Source: Desulfurococcaceae archaeon (lineage in GTDB: Archaea > Thermoproteota > Thermoprotei_A > Sulfolobales > Desulfurococcaceae). From it: a DNA stretch of 32,162 nt. This document shows, in pieces, positions 10,201 through 18,300 of this stretch. Location of the stretch: contig JAWAJB010000007.1 in NCBI GenBank assembly GCA_038888155.1, forward strand, positions 1 through 32,162. The letters are read 5' to 3'. A program made the translations under genes and the position numbers. Under the pieces are notes generated by a model, which was not told the origin of the DNA, made no database searches, and was given only the letters and a program-made list of their open reading frames with translations. Position 1 is the stretch's first letter. Each line of letters begins with the position of its first letter.

Positions 10201-10489
10201 CAGCAACAATCGGATAAACTTTCAAGCCCTTAGCCTCAGCCAACAGTGCTTGGAATACCTTATCGTTGTATCTTCCCCAGTCGTAGTTCATTGCTGATGG
10301 CATTGCTGGTGATGATTGTTGAAGTATCGGTTCAAACCTCCTCATTGATGCGCTCCTTATTATTTGTTCAATGAGGTTTATTGCATTCGTTGATTTCGCT
10401 CCTGGTATGTATATGCTAGAAGATATTGGGGCTGCTACAAGCTGAATTACCAAGATTGCGAGAATGAGCGGGAATAATCTCCTAGACAT
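4208..10489 (-). CDS. Secreted S8 (subtilisin-like) serine protease with I9-like propeptide, PPC domain and multiple Ig-like domains (~2093 aa)
   Basis: Catalytic motifs ILDTGV, GHGSHCAG, AAAGNEG, GTSMATPHV; signal peptide MSRRLFPLILAILVIQLVAA. Start moved from 10558 to ATG 10489 (GGTG SD, TATA upstream). C-terminal DxTPPTVSITSP...DxAGN repeats. Confidence 0.95.
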   Translation of the reverse strand: MSRRLFPLILAILVIQLVAAPISSSIYIPGAKSTNAINLIEQIIRSASMRRFEPILQQSSPAMPSAMNYDWGRYNDKVFQALLAEAKGLKVYPIVAGDKVIDYVTVPDYDSIEPRYYIDWNIIRQVDRNANKLHDKLEEQMKNEDEEIVVIVLLTTDDREAIEKFKSMGGIVTSVWEHAVKGFAGKIKAKYIPILAKHPTIAIIEPDFEVKYTLVFSTKTIGANRVWGTLINSIGIPSARDFSIAILDTGVSANHPMTNGWSSAATNPAVWNDDTYKVVGWSDQVGTTTSPVDDNGHGSHCAGIAVGSNVSVTAVDSQGRLVFTDGLGIRYDASLLGSGTFYPGFSFYVYIPDVNSEVEIEWPRFRAIVSTGNSANVNATVIYRPDGTLAAVIYDNGAGDLNTNTNQMLVRFRPIDYGVTQPGIWRFVWRLRWVVTRTTNAYVGSAYRVYVHVYYPSGEYGIISGVAPRTKLVGIKVLNNVGNGTSTGIVNGINWAITNRDTYRIVAASMSFGSGAGYVSATINSAVINLVKNGIVAVAAAGNEGPDSNTISGSPGLSDAAITVAAATSGTSGSVRITSYSSRGPGSGSTLGNTTKPDIAAVGGESDGTVMSIDTTYDDEVEIYSVSSTGSVTVSKSAYGWTERYTYDLAIFEGTSMATPHVTGAVALLISALYGGWANWPKTAAAAAQIKAILCATAWEIATKNRGGKDPEEGFGLLQIDAAVDAVTKEYTIGTYVAEGLYSDPFSRHVWARKVYLTAGHTYTFELTVPGTADFDIYLWAWDPKPATTSPYGTWGEPLLVAWSNVTSEGGDEAIVYTPSTSGWYILTIKQISGYGAFQLESYEQINPPTCTITSPTTGSTVSGTITVQVSASDVSPGYVTSVTLYIDGGSPRSMTYNSATGKWEASVDTTALSEGQHVLRAKAVDNEGNFGWSNIVEIFVDNYPAKVLLVDDDAGASYEAYYKKALEDLAIDYDYYSVPSGANGPGTTVLGSYPFVIWFTGDDYQTTLTTTDQTNLGTYLSGGKKLFISGQDIGYDLGAGNSFMNTYLAANYVGDSAASSTVIGQTGTVFYGVTYYLSGGDGANNNAAPDYVNLYDAPGTEAIALKYHNGLNAAIVHDSGTYRTVYFAFPFEAINSRDARKDAMKRTLIYLGYDIPPEVVIVSPPPDVGTNTGSITVVWNATDDYDIASHAVYLDGNLIATIDESGTQTSVQRSYTITGLSDGLHTVRIRVADSAGQYAYKEVTFWADSTPPTVSITSPPSGTWYTTPAITIQWSASDNFELDHHEIRVVGGSYDSGWINVGLNTSYTITLPTDGSYTVTVKTYDRATNTATSTVTIGLDRIPPTVSIESPSSGTWLNTRDVTVTWSGSDSLSGIDHYEIRIDGGSWINVGTSTSYTFTNLAEGTHTVEVKAVDKVGNTATSTVTVGVDVTPPTVSVTSPPSGTWYNTRDVTVTWSGSDSLSGIHHYEIRINGGSWINVGTSTSYTFTNLAEGTHTIEVKAVDMAGNTATSTITVGVDVTPPTVSITSPQNGSTTSSNTVTVEWSGSDALSGINHYEVRCYNSTWDSGWINVGTSTSYTFANLAGGDYTVEVRAYDNVGNAKVTYVTFSIGVFRIVNPGRDPSTQAAYVASNTATISWTSTSANYYEIYVNGTYIGSTTSTSYTLSLSEGIYNITVVAMGSTGSIGQDSLIIVIDLTPPALTLQTTTLIANSQTTQVSVAWSGNDALSGIDHYEIGIGSSWINIGSSTSYTIDTGTLSEGRYTIYVRAFDRSGNYKQSYAILIVDRTAPTITVSYPSDGAVLSTGDITVSWTGSDSSGIAYYEVKVDSGQFIRVGKATSYYLSLGEGIHTITIRAYDTLRNYAEVTITIKVDLTPPDLEITSPADGAIIASGTVAVTWSSSSTDIAYYLVRLDSGEWIKTTTTSYTFTGLLDGPHVVYVTAVDTAGHRTLRTVIFVVVISGSSVPEPEAPTFEKPNLETTIIEDITTTEGDSTALITTENEAPKITEATHSEVVEIKYITEKPASINETTKKITTLTPIDYREKHRETYQAETIQTNSIRIPVIRDSAKSHSTMIVKILVLAYSPYLTKPPR
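5917..6450 (-). repeat. Two near-identical 267-bp Ig-domain repeats within the S8 gene
   Basis: CTGTTGGTGGT recurs at 5917, 6184 and 6451; both units encode TRDVTVTWSGSDSLSGIxHYEIRIxGGSWINVGTSTSYTFTNLAEGTHT. Confidence 0.9.
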
Positions 10490-10507
10490 ACATACACCAG
10501 CGATGCT

Positions 10508-10570
10508 GTATATATAACACCATGTAATTTTAATGTTTATAAAGAATTGGTATGACAACGTTTGTAAAAA
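10508..10570 (-). promoter_or_regulatory. Putative TATA promoter of the S8 gene
   Basis: Minus-strand ACCAATTCTTTATAAA (about 10536-10551) and TTATATATA closer to the start. Confidence 0.45.
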
Positions 10571-10682
10571 TTGCTAAGAATTATTATCATATCGGATTCT
10601 TTTTCAACTCATTAATTGAATGAGATAGGCTTCAGACAGCTCTTGTTCTTGGAAGCCTTTGCCTTTTTCCTTAAGGCTGATC

Positions 10683-10796
10683 GAAGGCCCCAATGCCCCA
10701 CAATAGATGAGTGGGTGTTGAGGAAAAGCCGGTGTTGATGGTATCCACGTCATCCGAAATACATAAATAAACCTAAACAATCAACACGGCAATCAC
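10683..10796 (+). mobile_element. Degenerate tnpB 3' end / omegaRNA and right end (IS200/IS605/IS607 superfamily relic)
   Basis: Frameshifted PTIDEWVLR-KPVLMVSTSSEIHK*, hairpin GCC(G)GTGTTGAT...ATCAACACGGC, ending AATCAC. Alignable to the minus-strand relic at 27764-27850. Confidence 0.65.
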
Positions 10797-11211
10797 TTAA
10801 TTGCAAATCAGAATATACGAGCTTTTGATAATAATTCTAAAGCTGCTGTAGATACTTTATAGATTTTCCAATTAAACAATCGAAGCAATATATGACAGAG
10901 AAAAACAGTAGGCAGACTGCCCGGACAAATTCCACATATACCGCAGGAAGAAACCTAACACCTAGCTAGTCCAGTAATCCATTAAACTGCAAATCATTAA
11001 GATTTCCCTATCGCGTGCAGGGATATTTCTAACATTTCTAAAAAGCTTTTACAGTGTTAACCAAGTAGAGGCCCAAAATGATGTAATCCTTCATGATTTT
11101 GATGTGTTTGATAATTAAAAAAGTTATGGAGAACAAAACTAGAGCAGTTGAGTGCAAGTAGCTAATAAGCATGGTCCATGTCAAGTATCATATAAACCGT
11201 ATACTTAGTTT

Positions 11212-11460
11212 TTAGTAGGGCATATTTAGCAAGAGTATCACAGTTATTATATAGCATGTTAGAGCGAAGATTATGCCGAACAACCTTTCTGTAGTTTTGC
11301 TGGGAGGTTTAAATTTAATCTGCACCTTTCGCTGAAGTGCCCGTTTATACAAAAATGGGCAGATCTTAGTTCTCAATTTCTTTTTTACCCAGAGTTCGTA
11401 CGAAGTAAGGGAACCTATTATGCTGGGGAGAGCTACAACCAACGCTTCAAGCAATTTCAT
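11212..11460 (-). CDS. Small two-TM basic membrane protein (candidate toxin immunity/partner)
   Basis: 82 aa, strong GGGAGG SD, hydrophobic N- and C-terminal segments around a Lys/Arg-rich loop, directly downstream of the C8-like ORF. Confidence 0.7.
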   Translation of the reverse strand: MKLLEALVVALPSIIGSLTSYELWVKKKLRTKICPFLYKRALQRKVQIKFKPPSKTTERLFGIIFALTCYIITVILLLNMPY

Positions 11461-11537
11461 TCACATCCTCCCTAGTAATATGGGATACAGTTTAAGATAT
11501 TTATTGAAAAAGGGAGAGCTTAATGTCATTTCAAACA

Positions 11538-11900
11538 CTAAGGACAGAACTTAAGAAGTTGGCAGATCAAGAGGCCAAAATACATGCATGCTATGAATAT
11601 CCCTACCGCTATCATGAAGGCAAGCACTGCACTCGCAATAGGTCCGCATATTACGCCACAAAGCCATGCGAAAAAGCCCCCTGTAATTGCACTACACAAT
11701 GATACGCAGATGAGATAAGCGACAATCCACGAAGCGAGTACCAGTGTTGTGTGTGTACATATAAACCCAACGACATAGGTGCATAAGTTGCATCTTAACC
11801 AGTCGTCCATTATGGTGGCTGAGCTGTTGAGGATGACTTTATCGTATTGCTTCAGGTGCTTCTTTACCAGCTTGGACAAATATTTAGCTTCTTCTCGCAT
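11538..11900 (-). CDS. Halocin C8-like cysteine-rich bacteriocin domain protein (probably a 5'-truncated precursor)
   Basis: Ten Cys in a hydrophobic C-terminal ~88 aa (CxxC, two CxxxC, terminal CxxxxxCP). The same frame continues upstream past a TAA at 11970-11972. Confidence 0.72.
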   Translation of the reverse strand: MREEAKYLSKLVKKHLKQYDKVILNSSATIMDDWLRCNLCTYVVGFICTHTTLVLASWIVAYLICVSLCSAITGGFFAWLCGVICGPIASAVLAFMIAVGIFIACMYFGLLICQLLKFCP

Positions 11901-12045
11901 AGCATAGTATCTTTGTGCAAGCCGTGTTAGTGTTTCGTCTTCGCTTTTCTCATAGATTTTGCTTATTTTTTAAGCGACCATGCTTAAGATGGCGTATTGC
12001 TGTGATAGAGTGACGAAAGAATCAAACTTCAGTGATAAGGTTTTT

Positions 12046-13266
12046 TCAGACTCGCCTACGGGTACATTTATGGCTAGGATTGTTTTTGTATTTATAGAGA
12101 GCTGTTGCTGGGGCTATTGTTGTGAAGTAGATTATTGCTCCGATAACTAAGACTGTGTTTATGGCTTTAATATTACTTTCCACGCCGACGATGTTTGCTA
12201 TTATGCCTCCTGTGAGTGTGCCAATGATGCTTGATATCGTCATTATTATGTTTCCGATGCTTTGGGTTTCTGATTCGTGACCCTCTGTGCTGAAGTCTGT
12301 TATTGATGATATTAATGGTATATGTATAAAGACCCAAAATGGTACTATTGCGAATATTATTATTGAGACTACATCCCATGTCATTGCTAAATATGTCATG
12401 TATAGGCTTCTAGCAATGAGTCCTCCTATGAGTATCTTTTCTTTTGATGTTTTATCTGAGAGGCGTCCTGCAAAATATGGTGTTATCGTGTTTATAAGAC
12501 CGGTTATTCCAGTTATGAAGCCATATGTGGTTTTGGATCCGAGCAGTTTGTACATTTTTATTGAAAAAGGTAATCCATACAGCGATATACCGAATGAGGA
12601 TATTGCTGCCGTTAGGTATATTAGTGCTAGGGCTCTTATGTTTCCTGATATCTTGAAGCCCCAGGAGTCCTTGAAGATTTTTCCAAGGGGGACTTTACTG
12701 GGCTTAACGCTTTCAACAAATAGGGAACTGAATAATAAGGCTCCCCAAAAATCTAGGACAGCCACTATCAGAGATACTATGGCCATACCATATTGATCTA
12801 CAAGGTATCCAGATAGAAAGCTTCCTAAAGCGCCTCCTAGTGAGCTGGAGCCTAGGAAGACTCCAAAGGATGTTCCTGTTTTGTTTCTTTCCATCATTGT
12901 TGTTGTGATGGCGAGATGGGCTCCGGTGCCGACGGATCCAGCAAGACCCAGAATTGCAAATAGTATGGCGAGGTTAATGAAGTTGACTGCATTTGCTTTG
13001 AGAATTAGGAAGAAGATAAAGTATGCTAATGATGCGATTAGTATACCTGCCAGTATGAAACCTTTTCTCCCGCTGATATCTGCCCAGCGACCGAAAAACC
13101 TGGAGAGGGTAAAGATCATTAAGGCTGAAATAGCGTTCAATATCGATATTTCCAACAGTGTGTACTTAAGGTCTAGTAGGTATAGATTAAACACAGTTCC
13201 AAATAGGCTACCAGCAAAACTAGTTATGATTGAGGTCAAAAGCACTGCCGCAACATTTCTCCTCAA
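12046..13266 (-). CDS. MFS transporter
   Basis: About 12 hydrophobic segments; motif A twice (GRWADISGRK, GRLSDKTSKE); TTG start with GGTG SD. Confidence 0.93.
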   Translation of the reverse strand: MRRNVAAVLLTSIITSFAGSLFGTVFNLYLLDLKYTLLEISILNAISALMIFTLSRFFGRWADISGRKGFILAGILIASLAYFIFFLILKANAVNFINLAILFAILGLAGSVGTGAHLAITTTMMERNKTGTSFGVFLGSSSLGGALGSFLSGYLVDQYGMAIVSLIVAVLDFWGALLFSSLFVESVKPSKVPLGKIFKDSWGFKISGNIRALALIYLTAAISSFGISLYGLPFSIKMYKLLGSKTTYGFITGITGLINTITPYFAGRLSDKTSKEKILIGGLIARSLYMTYLAMTWDVVSIIIFAIVPFWVFIHIPLISSITDFSTEGHESETQSIGNIIMTISSIIGTLTGGIIANIVGVESNIKAINTVLVIGAIIYFTTIAPATALYKYKNNPSHKCTRRRV

Positions 13267-13493
13267 GAGTTACACCAATGAGGCGTCGACAGTTGGTAAG
13301 TGCAAATTGGATTCGTTGTAGGTTCAAAGCATCTTATATGGCGTTATCTTTTTTGCTCAAATTTATCCTAGGCGATTCATAGATGATTATGTATGTACTT
13401 CAGTGTATTAGCTAAAAAATAAGAAGATTGAGGTTTTTAATCAAACCTTTTTTTACCTAATGATCGATCGAGGTTTTATGGCCTGGCTTACTG

Positions 13494-14384
13494 GTGCTTT
13501 GTTTGTCTAGGAGGGCGGCTAGGATTAAGGTCATAACCTCAGCAACTTTGTGGGGATCAAGCTTTCCAATAATACGCATCGGGTTGATATATATTAGCCC
13601 TGTCTTGTTCCTTTTCCTGAGATTCTCAGTCGCGGCAGTAATGCTCCTCTTGATATTGTCCATCACAAATGTAAAGTTTCGCTTTCATAAAATAGATAGT
13701 CTCATTCTACTCTCGGGAATTTTAAACGCCGCAGCGTATGCTTTTCAGTTCGTTGGTCAGAAGTTTACGTATGCCACTAATGCAGCATTAATGGTAAACA
13801 CAAGCCCTATATTCACGGCAATATTTGCACACTTTCTATTGAAGGAAAAACTTACAAAACCTAGAGTTGGTGCGATCGCATTGACATTTTTTGGTGTTAG
13901 CATTGTAACGTTATATTCAGGGCAGGTACTTGAATTTCGTATAGTGGGAGACGTGCTCTGCCTTCTTGCGGGAATTTCTTGGGGGTTGTACATGACATTA
14001 GCAAAGAAAATTAGAGGGGATAATCGCTTTGATGAATTGGAGCTCCTTTTTATCTGGTTCCTCTTCACAGCAGCGTTGGGTGGAATAGTTCTACCATTTG
14101 AGGGTTTGCGGATAACTATAAATGTTTGGTCATTGTTTGCTATCTTATACACTGCAGTCATGTGTTCAATAATTCCATACATGCTTTGGTATAAGGCTCT
14201 TAAAAGCTTGGAGGCAACATCTTCAGCGAATTATTTTATGCTTGAGATAATTATTAGTGCTATTATAGAAGCCATGTTTTTAGGCTTGAGTTTTAGCGTA
14301 TCTTTAATTGTTGGAGCTGCACTAGTGGTAGCAGGGGTTTACTTTGTAGATTATTTCTACAGAACCGAAAAAGCGTTGGTTTAG
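13494..14384 (+). CDS. DMT/EamA family transporter
   Basis: LWGSSF..., FLRF, NTSPIFTAIFAHFLLKEKL, GDVLCLLAGISWG; about 10 TM. True start may be TTG 13503. Confidence 0.93.
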   Translation: MLCLSRRAARIKVITSATLWGSSFPIIRIGLIYISPVLFLFLRFSVAAVMLLLILSITNVKFRFHKIDSLILLSGILNAAAYAFQFVGQKFTYATNAALMVNTSPIFTAIFAHFLLKEKLTKPRVGAIALTFFGVSIVTLYSGQVLEFRIVGDVLCLLAGISWGLYMTLAKKIRGDNRFDELELLFIWFLFTAALGGIVLPFEGLRITINVWSLFAILYTAVMCSIIPYMLWYKALKSLEATSSANYFMLEIIISAIIEAMFLGLSFSVSLIVGAALVVAGVYFVDYFYRTEKALV

Positions 14385-14489
14385 AAATCTAGGAGATGCA
14401 ACTCACATTTCGACTTTTATTCAGGTTGTTGTTCATTCATAAGGCGTATTTGATTATTGAAACTTAGGCTGCTTCTCCTAGGTGATTGC

Positions 14490-14876
14490 ATGGGGAAAGC
14501 AAAGGCTGCAGCCTATATTTTAATAGTGCTAGTTGTTATCGCGATATACGTTCTTATTCCAATAGACGTTTACAGCAAGAAACTTTCAGGAACAGTGACT
14601 GGGACTGGAAAAATTTTAGAGGACACTTTTAATATCCCTCCGTTTAAGCAAGTGTTAAGAATCCGAATAGCAGGCAATATAACGGGCTATCTCAATGTTA
14701 CTATAATAGATCCAACTACGAATTTAGGTATATTTTCGGAAGCTTTCATGGGCTATAAAAGTAGCATTTACGAGGATAGAATGGTTGGCGTTTTTCATAC
14801 TCATACGTACAAAATTGTAGTAGAGGCTTCTGGCTCCTATGATATTGCCATAAAACTTACAGTATATCCATACTAA
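14490..14876 (+). CDS. Small membrane-anchored protein with beta-rich extracellular domain
   Basis: AGGTGA SD before ATG 14490; N-terminal hydrophobic helix AAAYILIVLVVIAIYVLI followed by beta-strand pattern with NxT sequons. Confidence 0.75.
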   Translation: MGKAKAAAYILIVLVVIAIYVLIPIDVYSKKLSGTVTGTGKILEDTFNIPPFKQVLRIRIAGNITGYLNVTIIDPTTNLGIFSEAFMGYKSSIYEDRMVGVFHTHTYKIVVEASGSYDIAIKLTVYPY

Positions 14877-15286
14877 TCAGCTTCGATTAATTGGGCTGGC
14901 ATACTCCCCTTTGCGATCTCTTCCAGCTTTTCTATTAACTCTTTTTTCAAGCCTACGAAAAATCCGCCATCTTTAATCCCAAGGTAAGCACCACTTTTCT
15001 CTCCAGCGTTAAGAATTTTAAGTCCTATGATCTTGATTTTCCTTATATGCCTTCCCTCGACAATTATAGGTTCACTGGGAATTATTGTTATTCCATTGGG
15101 TCCTCCCACAATAACTGATGGCACCAATCTTCTTTTGGCTGAAATGTTAAAACCCTCGACATCAAGGTGCGTTACTTTGGCCCGTGAGTAGCCTTTGAGA
15201 TGCACGTATACGTCGCATGTTACTTGGTTATTCTCTAGAAAAACCATAGCGTCTATGCGTATCTTCCCAGCGCTGGGTCCTGTCAT
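14873..15286 (-). CDS. Hypothetical protein (137 aa)
   Basis: ATG start with GGGTG SD, protein-like composition, convergent 4-bp overlap with the previous gene. Confidence 0.75.
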   Translation of the reverse strand: MTGPSAGKIRIDAMVFLENNQVTCDVYVHLKGYSRAKVTHLDVEGFNISAKRRLVPSVIVGGPNGITIIPSEPIIVEGRHIRKIKIIGLKILNAGEKSGAYLGIKDGGFFVGLKKELIEKLEEIAKGSMPAQLIEAD

Positions 15287-15351
15287 ATTATTTGCACCCT
15301 AATTATTGAGGTAGTATTACATTATAAGATAAGAGATGTGGTATGGTGTTA

Positions 15352-15378
15352 GAGAAGTAGAAAAAAGAAGAAAAATTG
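15352..15378 (-). terminator. U-rich terminator after the beta-helix gene
   Basis: Minus strand TTTTTCTTCTTTTTTCTACTTCTC shortly after the stop at 15392. Confidence 0.45.
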
Positions 15379-15391
15379 TTTCTCAAGATGC

Positions 15392-18300
15392 TTAAGCTTT
15401 GCGTCTCCTTAATAGGAATGCTGCTAGTGCTGCTAGGCCTACTATCGCTACTATGGCAATTATTGCCGTCATTGTTACTGGTGCTGGGGTGGGTTTAACA
15501 TTAATAATTATAGAATCAACAGTTGTTTGATCCAGTTGATCTTTGAATATTATGGTTACATTGTATTTTCTGACCTCGCTAGCAGTGAAGTTATATTTAA
15601 CTGGAATATCACTCAACCATGCTCCGGAGGCACTTAGGTTTCCATCAATGTATAGCTTATAAGTATTTGGAGATGCATCTCTGGCGGTCCAAGATAACTC
15701 TATACTTTCTCCTACTGTGATATTAATAATCCTTGGTGGAGCAGATACAATCACTGGAGGCTCCATCGGGTATACTATTATTGGTACATCAACCGAGTTT
15801 ACGTTTCCAAATTGGTCGCTGGCGTATATTCGGGCTAGATAGTTGCCAGGGGAATTTATGAAATCTTGGAGAGATATTGTTATTTGAACGCCTGAGGAAT
15901 ATGTATTTCTTAGGGCCTCTGAATCGTTGAGTAAAATCCAGTATTCTTTAGGACTGTCGTCGTTTATAGTGAATATTAGGTTCTTCTCAATACCAAGTTC
16001 GTAAACAATCGGGGTGCTTACTTGAACTGTTATTATTGGTGGTTCCTTGTCCATTTTACAGTATACTCTAAGTGCTTCTATTGTAACATTTTTGAAGCCA
16101 GTTATATTCACTAATGATAGCCCGTAAATGTCTATTATTGCGAATCTTAACTCACCTAGGGTTGTGTTTTCGTAAATAGTTCTTAGAAATGGTACATCTA
16201 AACGCGGACCCTGAAGTGAGACAATAGCATCGATTATACTGTAATGGACATATGTGGCATTTATCGTAGATTTAATTGCATGTAGGTACTCATCCATTGG
16301 ATATATTGGATAATCCCAAGCCCAAGTATGGGTTTTTATGAATTGTACTGATGAATTGTATATAGTTATGTGAGTTGATTCGTAGAGTATTAATTCTAGT
16401 ATTGTAGATGTGGTTATTGTTAAGTTAGAATAGATCGCGTTTAAGGTGCTTAAAATCGCCTCATTGAGAGAAACTGACGCGCATAAAGTATACACGTATT
16501 CGATGTGCGTGTTTTTGATTGATCCACTAACGTATAATAGACCAGCAAAGTAAGCATCTCCTGTGGATAGGTCAATATAAGTCGTTGGCATAGGTTCTGG
16601 AGGAATTACCCATGGATCTATCATCTCAAAGTTAGGAGCACAAAGTATGTAATTTACGGAGAAGTTTTGTATTATGGCATTCTCTGCTCCTAGTATAAGC
16701 AAATCTGGAGCTGTTAGATTATTAATGCGTATTATGTTTCCTTCCACTGCGGCTGGATAAGCTTCAGCATCAACATAAACGTGTGTGAGTTCAACATATT
16801 GTGCTTTAAGTAGCCAGAGTGCTGTTGCTACTGTCGAGTTAATTATATGAAAAGCAGCGTTTAAGCCACAAATTGCCGCGAAGGAAGAGTTTATTATTGT
16901 TAGGTTTAACGCTGAAACATTCGTCAAGATCACAGGCTCTGTCATGTTTACATTTGAACTAGCATCAACACTTAGTAAACGCGCGTAGGTTCCAGGAGGT
17001 ATGTAATTTGAATTTATTACGACATTGCCTGTAGCAGTTATAAGGAAGTTCTCCCAGGCAAAATCCACGTTGGAGTAATTTGTTATACTTACATTCGTGA
17101 ATATAGAAATTATTGACTTTACAGTTGAATTTGCAATGTGTATTGTCCCTCCAAAAGAGGTTATTCTATCGATTTCTGACCCATCTACAAAGAGTGCTGT
17201 AGCTCGAATCTTATGAGCTACGTAATCCTGAGGCTTACCTAATTCAACCTCGCCGACATTTGAGTGATTGATTCTTACTGAGCCTTCAAGCGCTCTTATT
17301 ATATTGATGGTAGACTCACTTACCTCAATATCTATCTTATCAATAGTTATTTCTGAAATATTGCTCCTATAGATTATACCGTGTGATTCACCAAGACTCA
17401 AGCGGTTCATTGATGAGTTCTTGATTTCAATTACAGCATACTTTCCATAAACTCCCTCTAGCGATGAGTTCTCGATTTTGATTTCTGAGAAATCATGTGT
17501 CACAATCGCAATTAGCGGTTTTATATTTGCTTTAATCGTTAAATTAGAATGATCCTGAAGCTCAATCAGGCTTGAAGATAATGCTGAATAGTTTTCAAAA
17601 ATCAGGTTGCATCTAATTGCTCCGATAGAATAAATATTGTTCTCATTTATCAGGATATTTGTTTCTCTAGCAAATATACCAGAGAGTATACCATCTAAAT
17701 TAGTTGCACTGGTGATAATACCATTCGATATAACGAAGGAACCATTTATCAGTATAAAAGCAACGTATGCGCGTGTGATAGTAGCATTAGAATTCTCAAA
17801 AATTATCCTTCCATTGATACTCATGTGTTCGATCATAGTGTTTGTTCTATTTAGATATATGTTAGATTCCATTGTGAGGACTCTCTGGGCAGAGATCGTA
17901 GCATCTTTGAATTCTGCCTCGCTTTTGCGCAATGTGATATTAAAGTAGAGCTGAGAGCTTTCTACAAATATCCTTGAATTAGAAATTAATACTGATGAAT
18001 TCTGAAGAGTTGAGTTTCTGACATGTAGATCTGTATTATCGTACATGAAGAAAGTTCCAGACATTGTTGTATTTTCAACAAAGACGTTGGATTTAAGCGA
18101 GGTTACTGTAGAAGCATCGTAAATTTTTGCTGACTCTACACTTATAAGTAGAACATCTGCGCTAGAGCGATTAATGATCACAAGAGATGCATTATCTGCA
18201 ACAAATTTACTGAGAATGTATGCAGATTCTATGCTACTAGATATGTTTACGAAGTTGGTGTAATTTGACGTGCTAATCACGTGCGTTTCATTGACTATCA

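Noticed and set aside
4410-10297. Overlapping ORFs inside the S8 gene
   Set aside because: Antisense or alternate-frame shadows of a clearly coding gene.
10700-10760. C/D-box sRNA or fluoride riboswitch-like motifs
   Set aside because: Boxes are degenerate, and the stretch is better explained by homology to the tnpB 3' end at 27764-27850.
11038-11172. 44-codon hydrophobic minus-strand ORF (MLISYLHSTALVLFSITF...)
   Set aside because: No clear SD or motif, and AT-rich DNA readily yields such ORFs; may be a decayed gene but unsupported.
12173-14182. Extra ORFs overlapping the MFS and EamA genes
   Set aside because: Shadow frames of membrane-protein genes.
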